Source of the DNA: Candidatus Kerfeldbacteria bacterium
GTDB lineage: Bacteria > Patescibacteriota > Patescibacteriia > SBBC01
Length of the DNA stretch: 49,340 nt
NCBI GenBank assembly: GCA_016204585.1
Contig: JACQKH010000007.1
Coordinates: 1-49,340 of the forward strand
Direction of reading: 5' to 3'
The position numbers and the translations under genes are program-made. This document shows, in pieces, positions 25,645 to 33,694 of the stretch. Position 1 is the first letter of the stretch. The number at the start of each line of letters is the position of its first letter. The notes beneath the pieces are model-generated. The model did not search any database, had not been told where the DNA came from, and worked only from the letters and a program-made list of their open reading frames with translations.

Positions 25645-26927
25645 CGAGGCTGCCGGCCGCCGTCTCGAGACCCGAACGGCCCAGCTTCTTGAATGGGGCA
25701 GTTCAACGCGCCCTCGATCTGAAGCTGGTCACGGATGACTGGCTCGAATCTTACCTGAAGGAGGCAGAACGGCGAGCGGAGAATCTGGCCGAACGGAATA
25801 CCAAGCATCGCAGCCCAACCGAAGAGGAATTTCGGGGCGCGCAGATCCGAATCCGACAGTTCCTCACCTTCGGGGTCGAGAGTCGATCGCGGGGTGACCT
25901 CGAGCAAGCCGCACGCTGTCTCGCTACCACACCGATGACCGAGCTCCTTCGTGCAGGCAAGATCGAGTTCGACGCTCTGCGCCGCGCAGTTCGCAGAGTC
26001 GCGGACCAACTTCGCTCTCACGAAGGCTACGGCTCGCAGGACCTCTATCGCGTCGACGCCGAGCTCTTCCTTGCCGAAACACTGGAAGACCTTGGACGAA
26101 AAACGATGGATTCCGAACAGATGGAGAGAATCGCGGACCGACTCTGGTTCGGCAAGCTCGAAATCGACCTCGGGATGCTCCTGGTCGAGCACTTCCGCAG
26201 CTACCACCGCAAGCACCTCGACGCGACGTACCCTCAGCTGCTCCACAACCTGGCAGTGAACGTCGGTTTGCGGAGGCGGCCAATGCTTGACATCAACCTC
26301 CGCGACGTCGGGACGTTCCTACGTCGGCTCTTCCCGGATGGCCAGCTCGACAGCAACTTCGCTGATCAGCTAGGCGTCGGGTTAGTCGAACATCTCAAGC
26401 AGTTCGGTGCGAGCGAGGAACTCTGTCGCTGGTTCCGACTGCGAGGGTGGCCTGGGTACGTTGAGCAAATGCGGGAATTCGCCGAAGTCGGTCAGGTGAA
26501 CAAGCGGAGATGCGTTTCCTGGAGGACGTTTTACCCGACCGGCCGACGCGGAGTGGGAACGATGGTGCTGACGGAATCCCAACAGACGAAGCACATCTTC
26601 TCGCAAATGCGGGTGAACACCGTACCGGAACAACTCCGTCGACTGCGGCAGTTCGATACGATTGACATCGAGTGGTACCTGTCGGGATTCGCTCAGGATG
26701 ACCCTGGGCTCGCCGCTCGGTTGCTCGACGGTATCGCGCCAAAGCAGGCAATGGAGATCCTCAGGTTTCACGAGGTGTATCTCGTGGACTTCGAGATTCC
26801 CGATCCGACAGTTCCCGCTTGGATTCAGCAGTACCTCAACGACCTCCGGAAGAACGCTCGGCGTAAGAATCGCCTCAAGACAGTCTTCCGAAAAACCAAA
26901 AAACCGGATATCGTACCCCGCTCGTAA
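25641..26927 (+). CDS. hypothetical helical protein (428 aa) with a basic C-terminal tail, no recognisable domain
   Basis: Overlaps the upstream ORF by 4 nt (ATGA). No catalytic or nucleotide-binding motif found by eye. Tail RKNARRKNRLKTVFRKTKKP. Confidence 0.6.
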   Translation: MTRLPAAVSRPERPSFLNGAVQRALDLKLVTDDWLESYLKEAERRAENLAERNTKHRSPTEEEFRGAQIRIRQFLTFGVESRSRGDLEQAARCLATTPMTELLRAGKIEFDALRRAVRRVADQLRSHEGYGSQDLYRVDAELFLAETLEDLGRKTMDSEQMERIADRLWFGKLEIDLGMLLVEHFRSYHRKHLDATYPQLLHNLAVNVGLRRRPMLDINLRDVGTFLRRLFPDGQLDSNFADQLGVGLVEHLKQFGASEELCRWFRLRGWPGYVEQMREFAEVGQVNKRRCVSWRTFYPTGRRGVGTMVLTESQQTKHIFSQMRVNTVPEQLRRLRQFDTIDIEWYLSGFAQDDPGLAARLLDGIAPKQAMEILRFHEVYLVDFEIPDPTVPAWIQQYLNDLRKNARRKNRLKTVFRKTKKPDIVPRS

Positions 26928-26954
26928 GCGTAAGGAGGATGAGCGGATTGACAC

Positions 26955-26999
26955 AGCCCCCGGCCTTGATTTCAAGAGGTCGGGGGCTCAAATTTTTTT
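26955..26999 (+). terminator. rho-independent terminator of the two-gene operon
   Basis: Stem agcccccg/cgggggct (26955-26962 / 26981-26988) followed by caaaTTTTTTT. Confidence 0.7.
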
Positions 27000-27014
27000 A
27001 AGAAACTGAAAGTT

Positions 27015-27620
27015 TTAGGCCCTGGTGATGATTTTATCCACAATCCCGTACTTCCGCGCTTCTTCGGCGCTCATGAAGAAGTCGCGATCAGTGTCGTGTT
27101 CAATTGTTTTCAGCGGCTGGCTAGTGTGCTTGGCCAAAATCTGATTCAACCGCGCGTGAATTTTCAAAATATGCTCAGCCCGAATCTTAATGTCCGCCGC
27201 CTGGCCTTCCGCGCCGCCCATGATTTGGTGGAGCATAATCTCGCTGTTCGGTAGGGCGAACCGCTTGCTTTTAGTGCCGGCGGCCAGCAGCACCGCGGCC
27301 ATCGAGGAGGCGGTGCCGACGCAGATCGTTTGGATGTCCGGCTTGACGTACTGCATCGTATCGTAAATGGCCATACCGGCCGTAACCGAACCGCCGGGCG
27401 AGTTGACGTACAGCTTAATATCCTTGGTTTTGTCCTCGCTCTCTAAAAACAGCAGTTGCGCAATGATGATGTTTGCCAGATGGTCATGAATCACATCGCC
27501 CAAGAACACCACGCGGTCTTTCAAGAGCCGCGAGTAAATATCGTAGGCCCGCTCGCCATAGGTCGTCTTTTCCACGACCATCGGGATAAGGGTTTGGTTG
27601 CGGATTTCGTTAGTATTCAT
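27015..27620 (-). CDS. clpP: ATP-dependent Clp protease proteolytic subunit ClpP
   Basis: [30 protein letters not shown] (catalytic Ser), IMLHQ (His), [13 protein letters not shown]. Confidence 0.95.
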   Translation of the reverse strand: MNTNEIRNQTLIPMVVEKTTYGERAYDIYSRLLKDRVVFLGDVIHDHLANIIIAQLLFLESEDKTKDIKLYVNSPGGSVTAGMAIYDTMQYVKPDIQTICVGTASSMAAVLLAAGTKSKRFALPNSEIMLHQIMGGAEGQAADIKIRAEHILKIHARLNQILAKHTSQPLKTIEHDTDRDFFMSAEEARKYGIVDKIITRA

Positions 27621-27628
27621 CCCGTAAG

Positions 27629-27778
27629 TCCCGTTAGACGGTTAAAAAACTGAAGATTTACGCCTGTCCCACTATTGGGCCCAACCATAGCGCCATCTAA
27701 CGGGATTAGAAAGTTAGTATGCAAAGTTGATAATGTTGACTACTAATCCGCGTTAATTGAAGGACTTTCTAACGGGAT
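27629..27778 (-). promoter_or_regulatory. three copies of a 10-11-nt box in the clpP leader (two direct, one inverted next to the start codon)
   Basis: Plus strand: tcccgttaga (27629-27638), tctaacgggat (27696-27706), tctaacgggat (27768-27778). On the clpP mRNA, the start-proximal box is complementary to the two upstream boxes. Confidence 0.5.
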
Positions 27779-27790
27779 CATAGCCACATC

Positions 27791-27819
27791 AGTATACGTA
27801 AACCTTCAACATAAAACAA
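27791..27819 (-). promoter_or_regulatory. candidate clpP promoter
   Basis: Minus strand: TTGTTT, 17 nt, TATACT. About 165-nt leader containing the three boxes. Confidence 0.4.
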
Positions 27820-27833
27820 GTGGCGGACCGGGC

Positions 27834-27862
27834 TTTACGAAGACCTTTTGTTATGGTACAAT
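27834..27862 (+). promoter_or_regulatory. promoter of the 27885 gene
   Basis: TTTACG, 17 nt, TGgTACAAT (extended -10). Confidence 0.5.
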
Positions 27863-27884
27863 GACAATATAAACCAAAACGCAA

Positions 27885-28634
27885 ATGAGGACATTAATTC
27901 AAAGGCTCACCAAGATCGGAGTGAGCGAGTTCGTGTTGATTTTCCTCCTGGTCTTGGCGATGGGCGGAGTATTCGCGCTGATGTCGACTAACGTCAATTT
28001 CCAGGTAACGATCCTCCCGCCACCGCCGCCGACCATCACCACAATACTCGGCGACCCCCAGACGCGGGCGGTGCTGGTCATCGGCACCTCACTGCCTAAC
28101 GCCACGGTTCGCGTGTACGCATTTAGCGATCCGATCTTCGTCGAGACAAAGGCCGACGCCGAAGGCGCCTTCCTGGCCGCATTTACCGAGGATGTCCTGG
28201 CACCAGGCACTCACAATTTTTCAGCGGTGACGGTTCTGCCGCAGCAACAAACCACCGATCCGACTCCGAAAGTCGGCGTCACGGTGGCGGCTGATTACAA
28301 GGTCGAACCGGCGGCCGGAAGCGCCGCGCCGACGGTAAAAATCGGAAACGCCGACGCGGCCACGAGCTCACTCATCCGAACCATCATTCGGAACCAAGAA
28401 AGCGCTAAAGCCGTGGCTCCGGACGACGTTCCACCGCCGGATAGAAAGGCGAATCGCGCGCTCATAATTCAAATCGGCTTGTTCGCCGTGATTGCCCTAG
28501 AAACACTGCTCCTTCTGATGCAGCGCGCTCGCAGAAAAGCGCAGGCTGGTCAAAGTTTTTTTCACCTCGGTCGCGGCCTCTACCGTCTGCCGCATTCCCG
28601 CGACGCCACCGCCGGACATCTTCCGAACGGCTAA
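27885..28634 (+). CDS. bitopic membrane protein with an Ig-like (bacterial Ig) ectodomain, hypothetical
   Basis: N-terminal TM (FVLIFLLVLAMGGVFAL), PPPPP linker, beta-rich segment (GTSLPNATVRVYAF...ADAEGAF....L.PGTHNFSAV), second TM near the C-terminus. Confidence 0.55.
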   Translation: MRTLIQRLTKIGVSEFVLIFLLVLAMGGVFALMSTNVNFQVTILPPPPPTITTILGDPQTRAVLVIGTSLPNATVRVYAFSDPIFVETKADAEGAFLAAFTEDVLAPGTHNFSAVTVLPQQQTTDPTPKVGVTVAADYKVEPAAGSAAPTVKIGNADAATSSLIRTIIRNQESAKAVAPDDVPPPDRKANRALIIQIGLFAVIALETLLLLMQRARRKAQAGQSFFHLGRGLYRLPHSRDATAGHLPNG

Positions 28635-28647
28635 GTGCCGGATGATC

Positions 28648-29031
28648 TCACGACCGTAGCTTTGTCCGAACGAAGGTACCAAACATAACCGCCAAGGTCA
28701 CCGCTACGATAGTGACGATGATGACGCCGACCGTGAACTGGGCGGCCCGCTTGAATTTGGCATAGGAATCGAGGTAGGTGTCGCCGCGCCGGCGAGCATA
28801 GCGAGGAAATGTCGCTTGCGGGGCACCGGTCAGGTACAGCGGCACGCTCACCAGGTTGACTATCAGGCCGAGGATCACCTGAAGCGCCCATAGGAACGGA
28901 ATCATCGCCAAATGCGAGACCGTCGGTTGAGCGGCGGCGTGCCGGCGTTCAACCACCAGGCGGTCATAAACATCGAGTAAGATCCAGCGAATCTGGCGTA
29001 AGCGGGAATGGACTTGGAGTTCGTCAGTCAT
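28648..29031 (-). CDS. small 2-TM membrane module (127 aa), homologous to the N-terminus of the 1266-aa protein
   Basis: PLYLTGAPQATFPRYARRRGDTYLDSYAKFKRAAQFTVGVIIVTIVAV aligns with PLHLIWSPQQSFQKMARRHGNGEYLDSYSALIRQNRLAVISTTLLLLAAG of 44982-48782. Starts 3 nt after the stop of the 1136-aa gene. Confidence 0.65.
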   Translation of the reverse strand: MTDELQVHSRLRQIRWILLDVYDRLVVERRHAAAQPTVSHLAMIPFLWALQVILGLIVNLVSVPLYLTGAPQATFPRYARRRGDTYLDSYAKFKRAAQFTVGVIIVTIVAVTLAVMFGTFVRTKLRS

Positions 29032-29034
29032 GAT

Positions 29035-32000
29035 TTAACTCGCCACCACGCTGACGACCATGTTGATGTCGTAGTCGCTGGCCACCGGCTGCTCTTTCGG
29101 AACGGTTTGCGAGATGCTGACGTTGGTTAAATCCCAGTAGCAGTTGGTGCCCGCGCTCGCGCCGGCCGTGAGCAGCGTTACCGAATTTGTCACGCCTTCG
29201 TTGAAGGCAGTAGATGACCCGAGTGTTAAGCCGGTGGTGTTACAGCCGGACTGGGGCGTAATGGTGGCGCCGGATGGATTGACGGTCATCTGGCCGCCGA
29301 CCGTGTCCGTGTCCCCGCCGTCGCCGGCATTGGCGGTCGGGTCGTTGAAGTCGTAGTCAGTGCCGACGCTGTCCCAGACCGCCGTCGTAGCCGAGGCGGC
29401 GACGCTTAAGGTCCAGGTCGCCGTGGCCGTGGTGTTGGTGACCCGGACTTTTTGCGATGAAACACCAAAGGTGCCGGTCGAGGTTTGGACCGTAAAAGCC
29501 AACGACAAAGTACTCATCACCATCGAGGGGCTGGCGACCGAGGCGCCGCCGCTGTCAACGATGTCGACGGTTAAGCTTCCGCCGCCTCCGACCGCCGATT
29601 CGCTCCACTCGAACAAAAACCGGAATCGAACGAGCGCGTCACCGGCTGTAGCTTCCTGGTAGAGGGCGAGACCTTCGCCGGGTTTGAGAATCAGTTCGTC
29701 GCCGAAAACGATTTCACTGTCATAATCGCCGCTGGCTTGGTTGACAACGCCCGGCACGGTCACGCCGAGCAGGCGGGAGTCGGTCACGCCGGCTAAGGTG
29801 ACCGTCACGTTCGTATGCCTGATTTCGGCGGTGGTATCCGAAGTACCAGAATGTTTCTTCGGGATGTTGGCGGCGGTGACCTGCGTGCCGGCGGAAGCGG
29901 CGGTCGTACGTCTGATGGTGACCGGAATATAGCCGGGCGCGGTCAGCGTCCCGCTGCGGTTAGCTTTGATACCAACTCGTTTGACGACGTAATTCTTGGA
30001 TGAGCCGGATGGATTGAACAGTGAGGTATAGACGTAATTGGCGCTGGTCGAACCGTTGACCGGGCCGGTCGTCATCATGAATTCTCCTTCGGATGCGGGC
30101 GTGCTGCCGGATGCGACTTCCTGCCACTCGATCAGCAGCTTGACCCGGAAGTCAGCGTCTCCAGCCGAAGTATCGTGATAGAGGCCTATACCTTCGCCGG
30201 GCTGCAAGATGATTTGCTCATCGTTCTTGTACAGCTGTTCAACGTAGCCGGTCACGGCCGGAGCAATGGCCGAGCCGACCGCGCCCGGCGTTTGCAGGCC
30301 GAGCAGTTTCGAATCGGCCGTACCGGCATAGGTGGCGGTCACACCGGTTCGCCTGATTTCCATAGCGCTGTTGGCCGTGCCCGTGTGTTTTTTCGGTACG
30401 TTGGCCGCGCTGATGAGCGTGCCCGACGAAGCTGCGCTGATTCGGCGCAGCTGCATCGGGATATAGACTGCGGCCGCGATCGTATCCACCCGGATGCTGA
30501 CGCGTTTGACCACCGCAGTTTTTCCGGAGGCAGCCGGATTGAAGAGGGTGGCGTAGTTGTAGCTGGTGGCCGTGCTGCCGTTGATCGGTCCGATATCAGC
30601 CAGGTACTCGCCGGCCGAAGACGGGGCCGAAGCTTCCTCATCCCATTCAATTAACATTTTTACGTACTGGTCAACGTCGCCGGCCAGGACGTCAAGGTAG
30701 AACCCAATGCCTTCGCCCGGCTGCAAAACCAGTTTTTCATTGTCGCTAAAAGCAATCTCCCGCTGGCCGATGATCTGGCCAACCGCGCCCGGGCCGTTGA
30801 CTTGAAGCAGATCCGAATCGGTGGTGCCGGCATACGTGGCAGAAATTGCCGTGCCGCAGGTCGCCCCGCACCAACGCACTTCGGTCACGGCATTGGCCGT
30901 GCCCGTATGTTTTTTGGGCAGGTCGCTGGCGGTAATGAGCGTTCCGCCGGAAGCCGCAGTGACGCGCCGGAGATTGAAGGCCGAATACGTGGCGGCCCCG
31001 TCGGCATTGTTGCGGATAGCAATTCGCTTAACCACGGCGGTTTTGCCTGAAGCTGACGGATTGAAGAACGTGAAAAAATTCGTGTTGAGCGCGGCCGCGA
31101 CTTCCACCCGTGATGAAGCCCACAGGTATTCACCTTGCGACGCCGGCGTGCTGCCGGACGCGACTTCTTGCCATTCGACGATCATCCGGTTGAGCTGGTT
31201 GGCATCGCCGGTCGCATCGGACATCAGGGCGATTCCTTGACCGGCCTGCAAAATAAGCTGCTCATCGTTGGCTTCGAAATTCAGTGTCATCCAGCCGTGC
31301 GGCTGCCCAGCCACCGCACAGGGGGTGACGATGCCAAGACGGGCGTCCGATCCGCCAACGGCCGTGACGGTCACGCCGGTATGCCGGAACTCCATGACGC
31401 TGTTGGCGCTGCCAGTGTGTTTTTTGGGTACGTTGGAAGCGGTGATGGCCGTGCCGGCCGAGGCGGCGCTGGTTCTCCGCAGCACGATATTATTGGTGTA
31501 GACCGCCGCCGCGTCGCAGGTTTCACTGCCAAACCATATTCTTTTGACGATCGCAGTTTTACCCGAGGCGGCCGGATTGAAAAAGGAATTGTATACGTAA
31601 TTGGCGGCCGCGGCGTTCCCAACGCGAGGAAAGGCAAACAGGAATTCGGTTTGGGCCGACGGCGCGCTCGCGACTTCTTCCCATTCGACGTAGACACGAA
31701 TCCGCTGGTCAGCGTCGCCGGCTGCTTCTTGATAGACGGCGATGCCTTCACCTGGCTGCAGCACAATGTTTTCGTCGCTGCTGCCGAAAGTAATATCCCG
31801 AATGCTGTGGAATTGCCCGGCCGCGCCGGGCATGGCCTGGCCCATGATTCTTGAGTCAGTGACGCCGGCCAACGTGACGGTCGCGCCGGTGTGCCGGACT
31901 TCGGTGACGGCATTGGAAGAGTCATTGTGTTTTTTTGGGATATTGGCGGCGGTAATTTGGGTACCGGCTGACGCCGCCGTGGTACGCCGGACGCTCAAGT

Positions 32001-32385
32001 TCACGTAGGTGGCAGCGGCGACGGCATTAGCCCGTACGGCGATTCGCTTAATGACCGCCGTTCGTCCGGACCCCGACGGATTGAAGAACGAAGCGTACAC
32101 GTAGTTGGCGCTGGTCGAACCGTTAACCGGTCCGATGTCCACGGCATATTCCAACTCGTTCGAGTCTAAGGCCGCCTGGGCTTCTCGGATTCCGAATCGG
32201 AAGTTGTCGACGACCTTCGGGTTCTGCTTGGCCAGGAAGATTTTGTCGACGACTCCGCCTCCGCGCTTGGCTCGGCCGTCCTTGAACGTCAACGCCAGCG
32301 AGACCGGATCCAAGCCGGTGGCCAGAAGCGAAACAGTCAGCAGCCCGACCGCGGCTGTTCTAGCGAGCCTGCGCCACATACTCAT
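29035..32385 (-). CDS. large secreted protein: signal peptide + five ~172-aa repeats of unassigned type + C-terminal WxL-like domain
   Basis: The repeats share NY.Y..(F)FNP(S/A).SG(K/R)TA(V/I)(V/I)KR(I/V)......Y.....RR...AS.GT.(I/V).A.(N/D)(I/V/L)PKKH.......E(V/I/F)R..G.......D(S).L.......(L)QPGEGI......GD......(E)W.E. The last 179 aa are homologous to 35234-35935 and 37339-37980. ATG 32385 (or 32379) gives a signal peptide; the ORF-track start at 32445 is further upstream. Confidence 0.8.
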   Translation of the reverse strand: MSMWRRLARTAAVGLLTVSLLATGLDPVSLALTFKDGRAKRGGGVVDKIFLAKQNPKVVDNFRFGIREAQAALDSNELEYAVDIGPVNGSTSANYVYASFFNPSGSGRTAVIKRIAVRANAVAAATYVNLSVRRTTAASAGTQITAANIPKKHNDSSNAVTEVRHTGATVTLAGVTDSRIMGQAMPGAAGQFHSIRDITFGSSDENIVLQPGEGIAVYQEAAGDADQRIRVYVEWEEVASAPSAQTEFLFAFPRVGNAAAANYVYNSFFNPAASGKTAIVKRIWFGSETCDAAAVYTNNIVLRRTSAASAGTAITASNVPKKHTGSANSVMEFRHTGVTVTAVGGSDARLGIVTPCAVAGQPHGWMTLNFEANDEQLILQAGQGIALMSDATGDANQLNRMIVEWQEVASGSTPASQGEYLWASSRVEVAAALNTNFFTFFNPSASGKTAVVKRIAIRNNADGAATYSAFNLRRVTAASGGTLITASDLPKKHTGTANAVTEVRWCGATCGTAISATYAGTTDSDLLQVNGPGAVGQIIGQREIAFSDNEKLVLQPGEGIGFYLDVLAGDVDQYVKMLIEWDEEASAPSSAGEYLADIGPINGSTATSYNYATLFNPAASGKTAVVKRVSIRVDTIAAAVYIPMQLRRISAASSGTLISAANVPKKHTGTANSAMEIRRTGVTATYAGTADSKLLGLQTPGAVGSAIAPAVTGYVEQLYKNDEQIILQPGEGIGLYHDTSAGDADFRVKLLIEWQEVASGSTPASEGEFMMTTGPVNGSTSANYVYTSLFNPSGSSKNYVVKRVGIKANRSGTLTAPGYIPVTIRRTTAASAGTQVTAANIPKKHSGTSDTTAEIRHTNVTVTLAGVTDSRLLGVTVPGVVNQASGDYDSEIVFGDELILKPGEGLALYQEATAGDALVRFRFLFEWSESAVGGGGSLTVDIVDSGGASVASPSMVMSTLSLAFTVQTSTGTFGVSSQKVRVTNTTATATWTLSVAASATTAVWDSVGTDYDFNDPTANAGDGGDTDTVGGQMTVNPSGATITPQSGCNTTGLTLGSSTAFNEGVTNSVTLLTAGASAGTNCYWDLTNVSISQTVPKEQPVASDYDINMVVSVVAS
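29575..32157 (-). repeat. five tandem coding repeats (167, 173, 173, 176 and 172 codons)
   Basis: Boundaries counted from the translation: aa 97-263, 264-436, 437-609, 610-785, 786-957 (numbered from ORF-track start 32445). Confidence 0.8.
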
Positions 32386-33364
32386 AAATTTCTTTGGCGA
32401 TGTCGGTGAACAAACGGTTGACCGCTGCCTGGCCGTCAGCAGCATCGCCTTTTTGCTGGATCATGACGGTCAGCATGTACGGCCGGCCGGGCAGGTAGAC
32501 GATGCCGGAGTCGGCCCAAACTCGTTCGTCAATTCGGATACCGGTTTTATGGACAAAAACCACGTCGGACGGAAGACCGGCACTGAGATCTTCGCGCGAC
32601 GCGTCTTTCAAAATGTTCAGGAATACATTGGAATATTCGGGGGTCAGGTAGGTGGCATTGTAGAGCGAACGGAAAAAGATTGAATAACGCTTGGCCGTGA
32701 TCCGGTTGTCCGCTTCGGCGCCTTTGGGCGTTTGCTTGAGCGCGTCGATGATGTCGTCCATGCCGAGGTGCGTGTAAACATCCTCCAGTTCGCTGCCGTC
32801 GAGATTGCGCAGTAGCACGAAGTGGGCGGTGTTGTCGGAGTTGACGAGCGATTCGCGTAAAAACTCCTCAATCGTCATGGTCGTGCCGGTGGGTTGTTTG
32901 TAGAGTTCGCCGAACTCGCTGTCTTTGTCATCGTCGAGGATGACCAGCTGGTTGTCCAGTTTCCAGGCGTTGGTATCGACTTTTTTCATGGCCGCCATGG
33001 CCACCGGGATTTTAATCAAGCTGGCCGGCCAGATTTTTTCGTCCTTGTTGATTGAGACGTTGGCGCCGGTCGGCAGGTATTCGAAGTACAGCGAGACCAG
33101 GTAGTCGTCGCGCCGCTCGTACTTTTCGGTCAAGCGGTCCCGCAGCGACTGAAAGTTGACGAGCAGGTCCTTTTTTTCGATCAAGGCGGCGCTCGGATTC
33201 AACAGGGAATACTGGCTTTGAGAACCGACCGGGCCCGACTTTCGGTTCGGTACGTAGACAGTATAGGTGAGTATGAGCGCTGCGACGGCCAACCCCAGCC
33301 AGAGTTGGTACGCTCGCAGCGTTTTCTTGCTCGCCCCGTTAAGTTGGTTGGAATTGTCGTTCAT
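32360..33364 (-). CDS. class-A beta-lactamase-like serine hydrolase with N-terminal membrane anchor
   Basis: S-x-x-K (ASLIK), SDN (NSDNTA) and KTG (HKTGIR) motifs in canonical order. TM LWLGLAVAALILTYTVYV. ATG 33364 preferred, alternative GTG 33400. Confidence 0.7.
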   Translation of the reverse strand: MNDNSNQLNGASKKTLRAYQLWLGLAVAALILTYTVYVPNRKSGPVGSQSQYSLLNPSAALIEKKDLLVNFQSLRDRLTEKYERRDDYLVSLYFEYLPTGANVSINKDEKIWPASLIKIPVAMAAMKKVDTNAWKLDNQLVILDDDKDSEFGELYKQPTGTTMTIEEFLRESLVNSDNTAHFVLLRNLDGSELEDVYTHLGMDDIIDALKQTPKGAEADNRITAKRYSIFFRSLYNATYLTPEYSNVFLNILKDASREDLSAGLPSDVVFVHKTGIRIDERVWADSGIVYLPGRPYMLTVMIQQKGDAADGQAAVNRLFTDIAKEIYEYVAQAR

Positions 33365-33386
33365 GGTCAGACTGAGATCTGTGACG

Positions 33387-33683
33387 TTACTTCTTCCCAC
33401 GAGCCGTCAATTGACTGTTTAATGCTGACATCGCTGATGGTAAACGGTGCCGGGCGCCGGCGGCCACGGTGCTGCCCTCGCTGCCGAAAACACCGCTGGC
33501 CCAATCGCGGGTGCGAGGCGTGGTCACCGTACCTTCGCCGTAGACGATTTTACCGTCGCCTTGGGCCAGCGCCTGGGCGGGCGAGGGCAAGAGCAAGACG
33601 GGGAGGATCAATGACCACTGGCTGATCAGCGCCAATCCCGCGACCACAGATGCCGGGAACCGAATCGCGGAACGGCGCGCCAT
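33387..33683 (-). CDS. small secreted protein (98 aa), hypothetical
   Basis: ATG 33683 preceded by GGAG. Signal peptide MARRSAIRFPASVVAGLALISQWSLILPVLLLPSPAQA. The ORF-track start at 33809 overlaps the upstream gene. Confidence 0.45.
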   Translation of the reverse strand: MARRSAIRFPASVVAGLALISQWSLILPVLLLPSPAQALAQGDGKIVYGEGTVTTPRTRDWASGVFGSEGSTVAAGARHRLPSAMSALNSQLTARGKK

Positions 33684-33694
33684 AAACAGACTCC

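Noticed and set aside
27621-27884. CtsR or HrcA/CIRCE operator upstream of clpP
   Set aside because: Neither the tandem GGTCAAA heptads nor the TTAGCACTC-N9-GAGTGCTAA inverted repeat is present. The repeated box here is CTAACGGGA.
29575-32157. Periodic repeats that might suggest a CRISPR array or satellite
   Set aside because: The period is ~516-528 nt, the units are diverged, and all lie in one long ORF. They are protein-coding domain repeats. No short direct repeats with unique spacers exist anywhere in the window.
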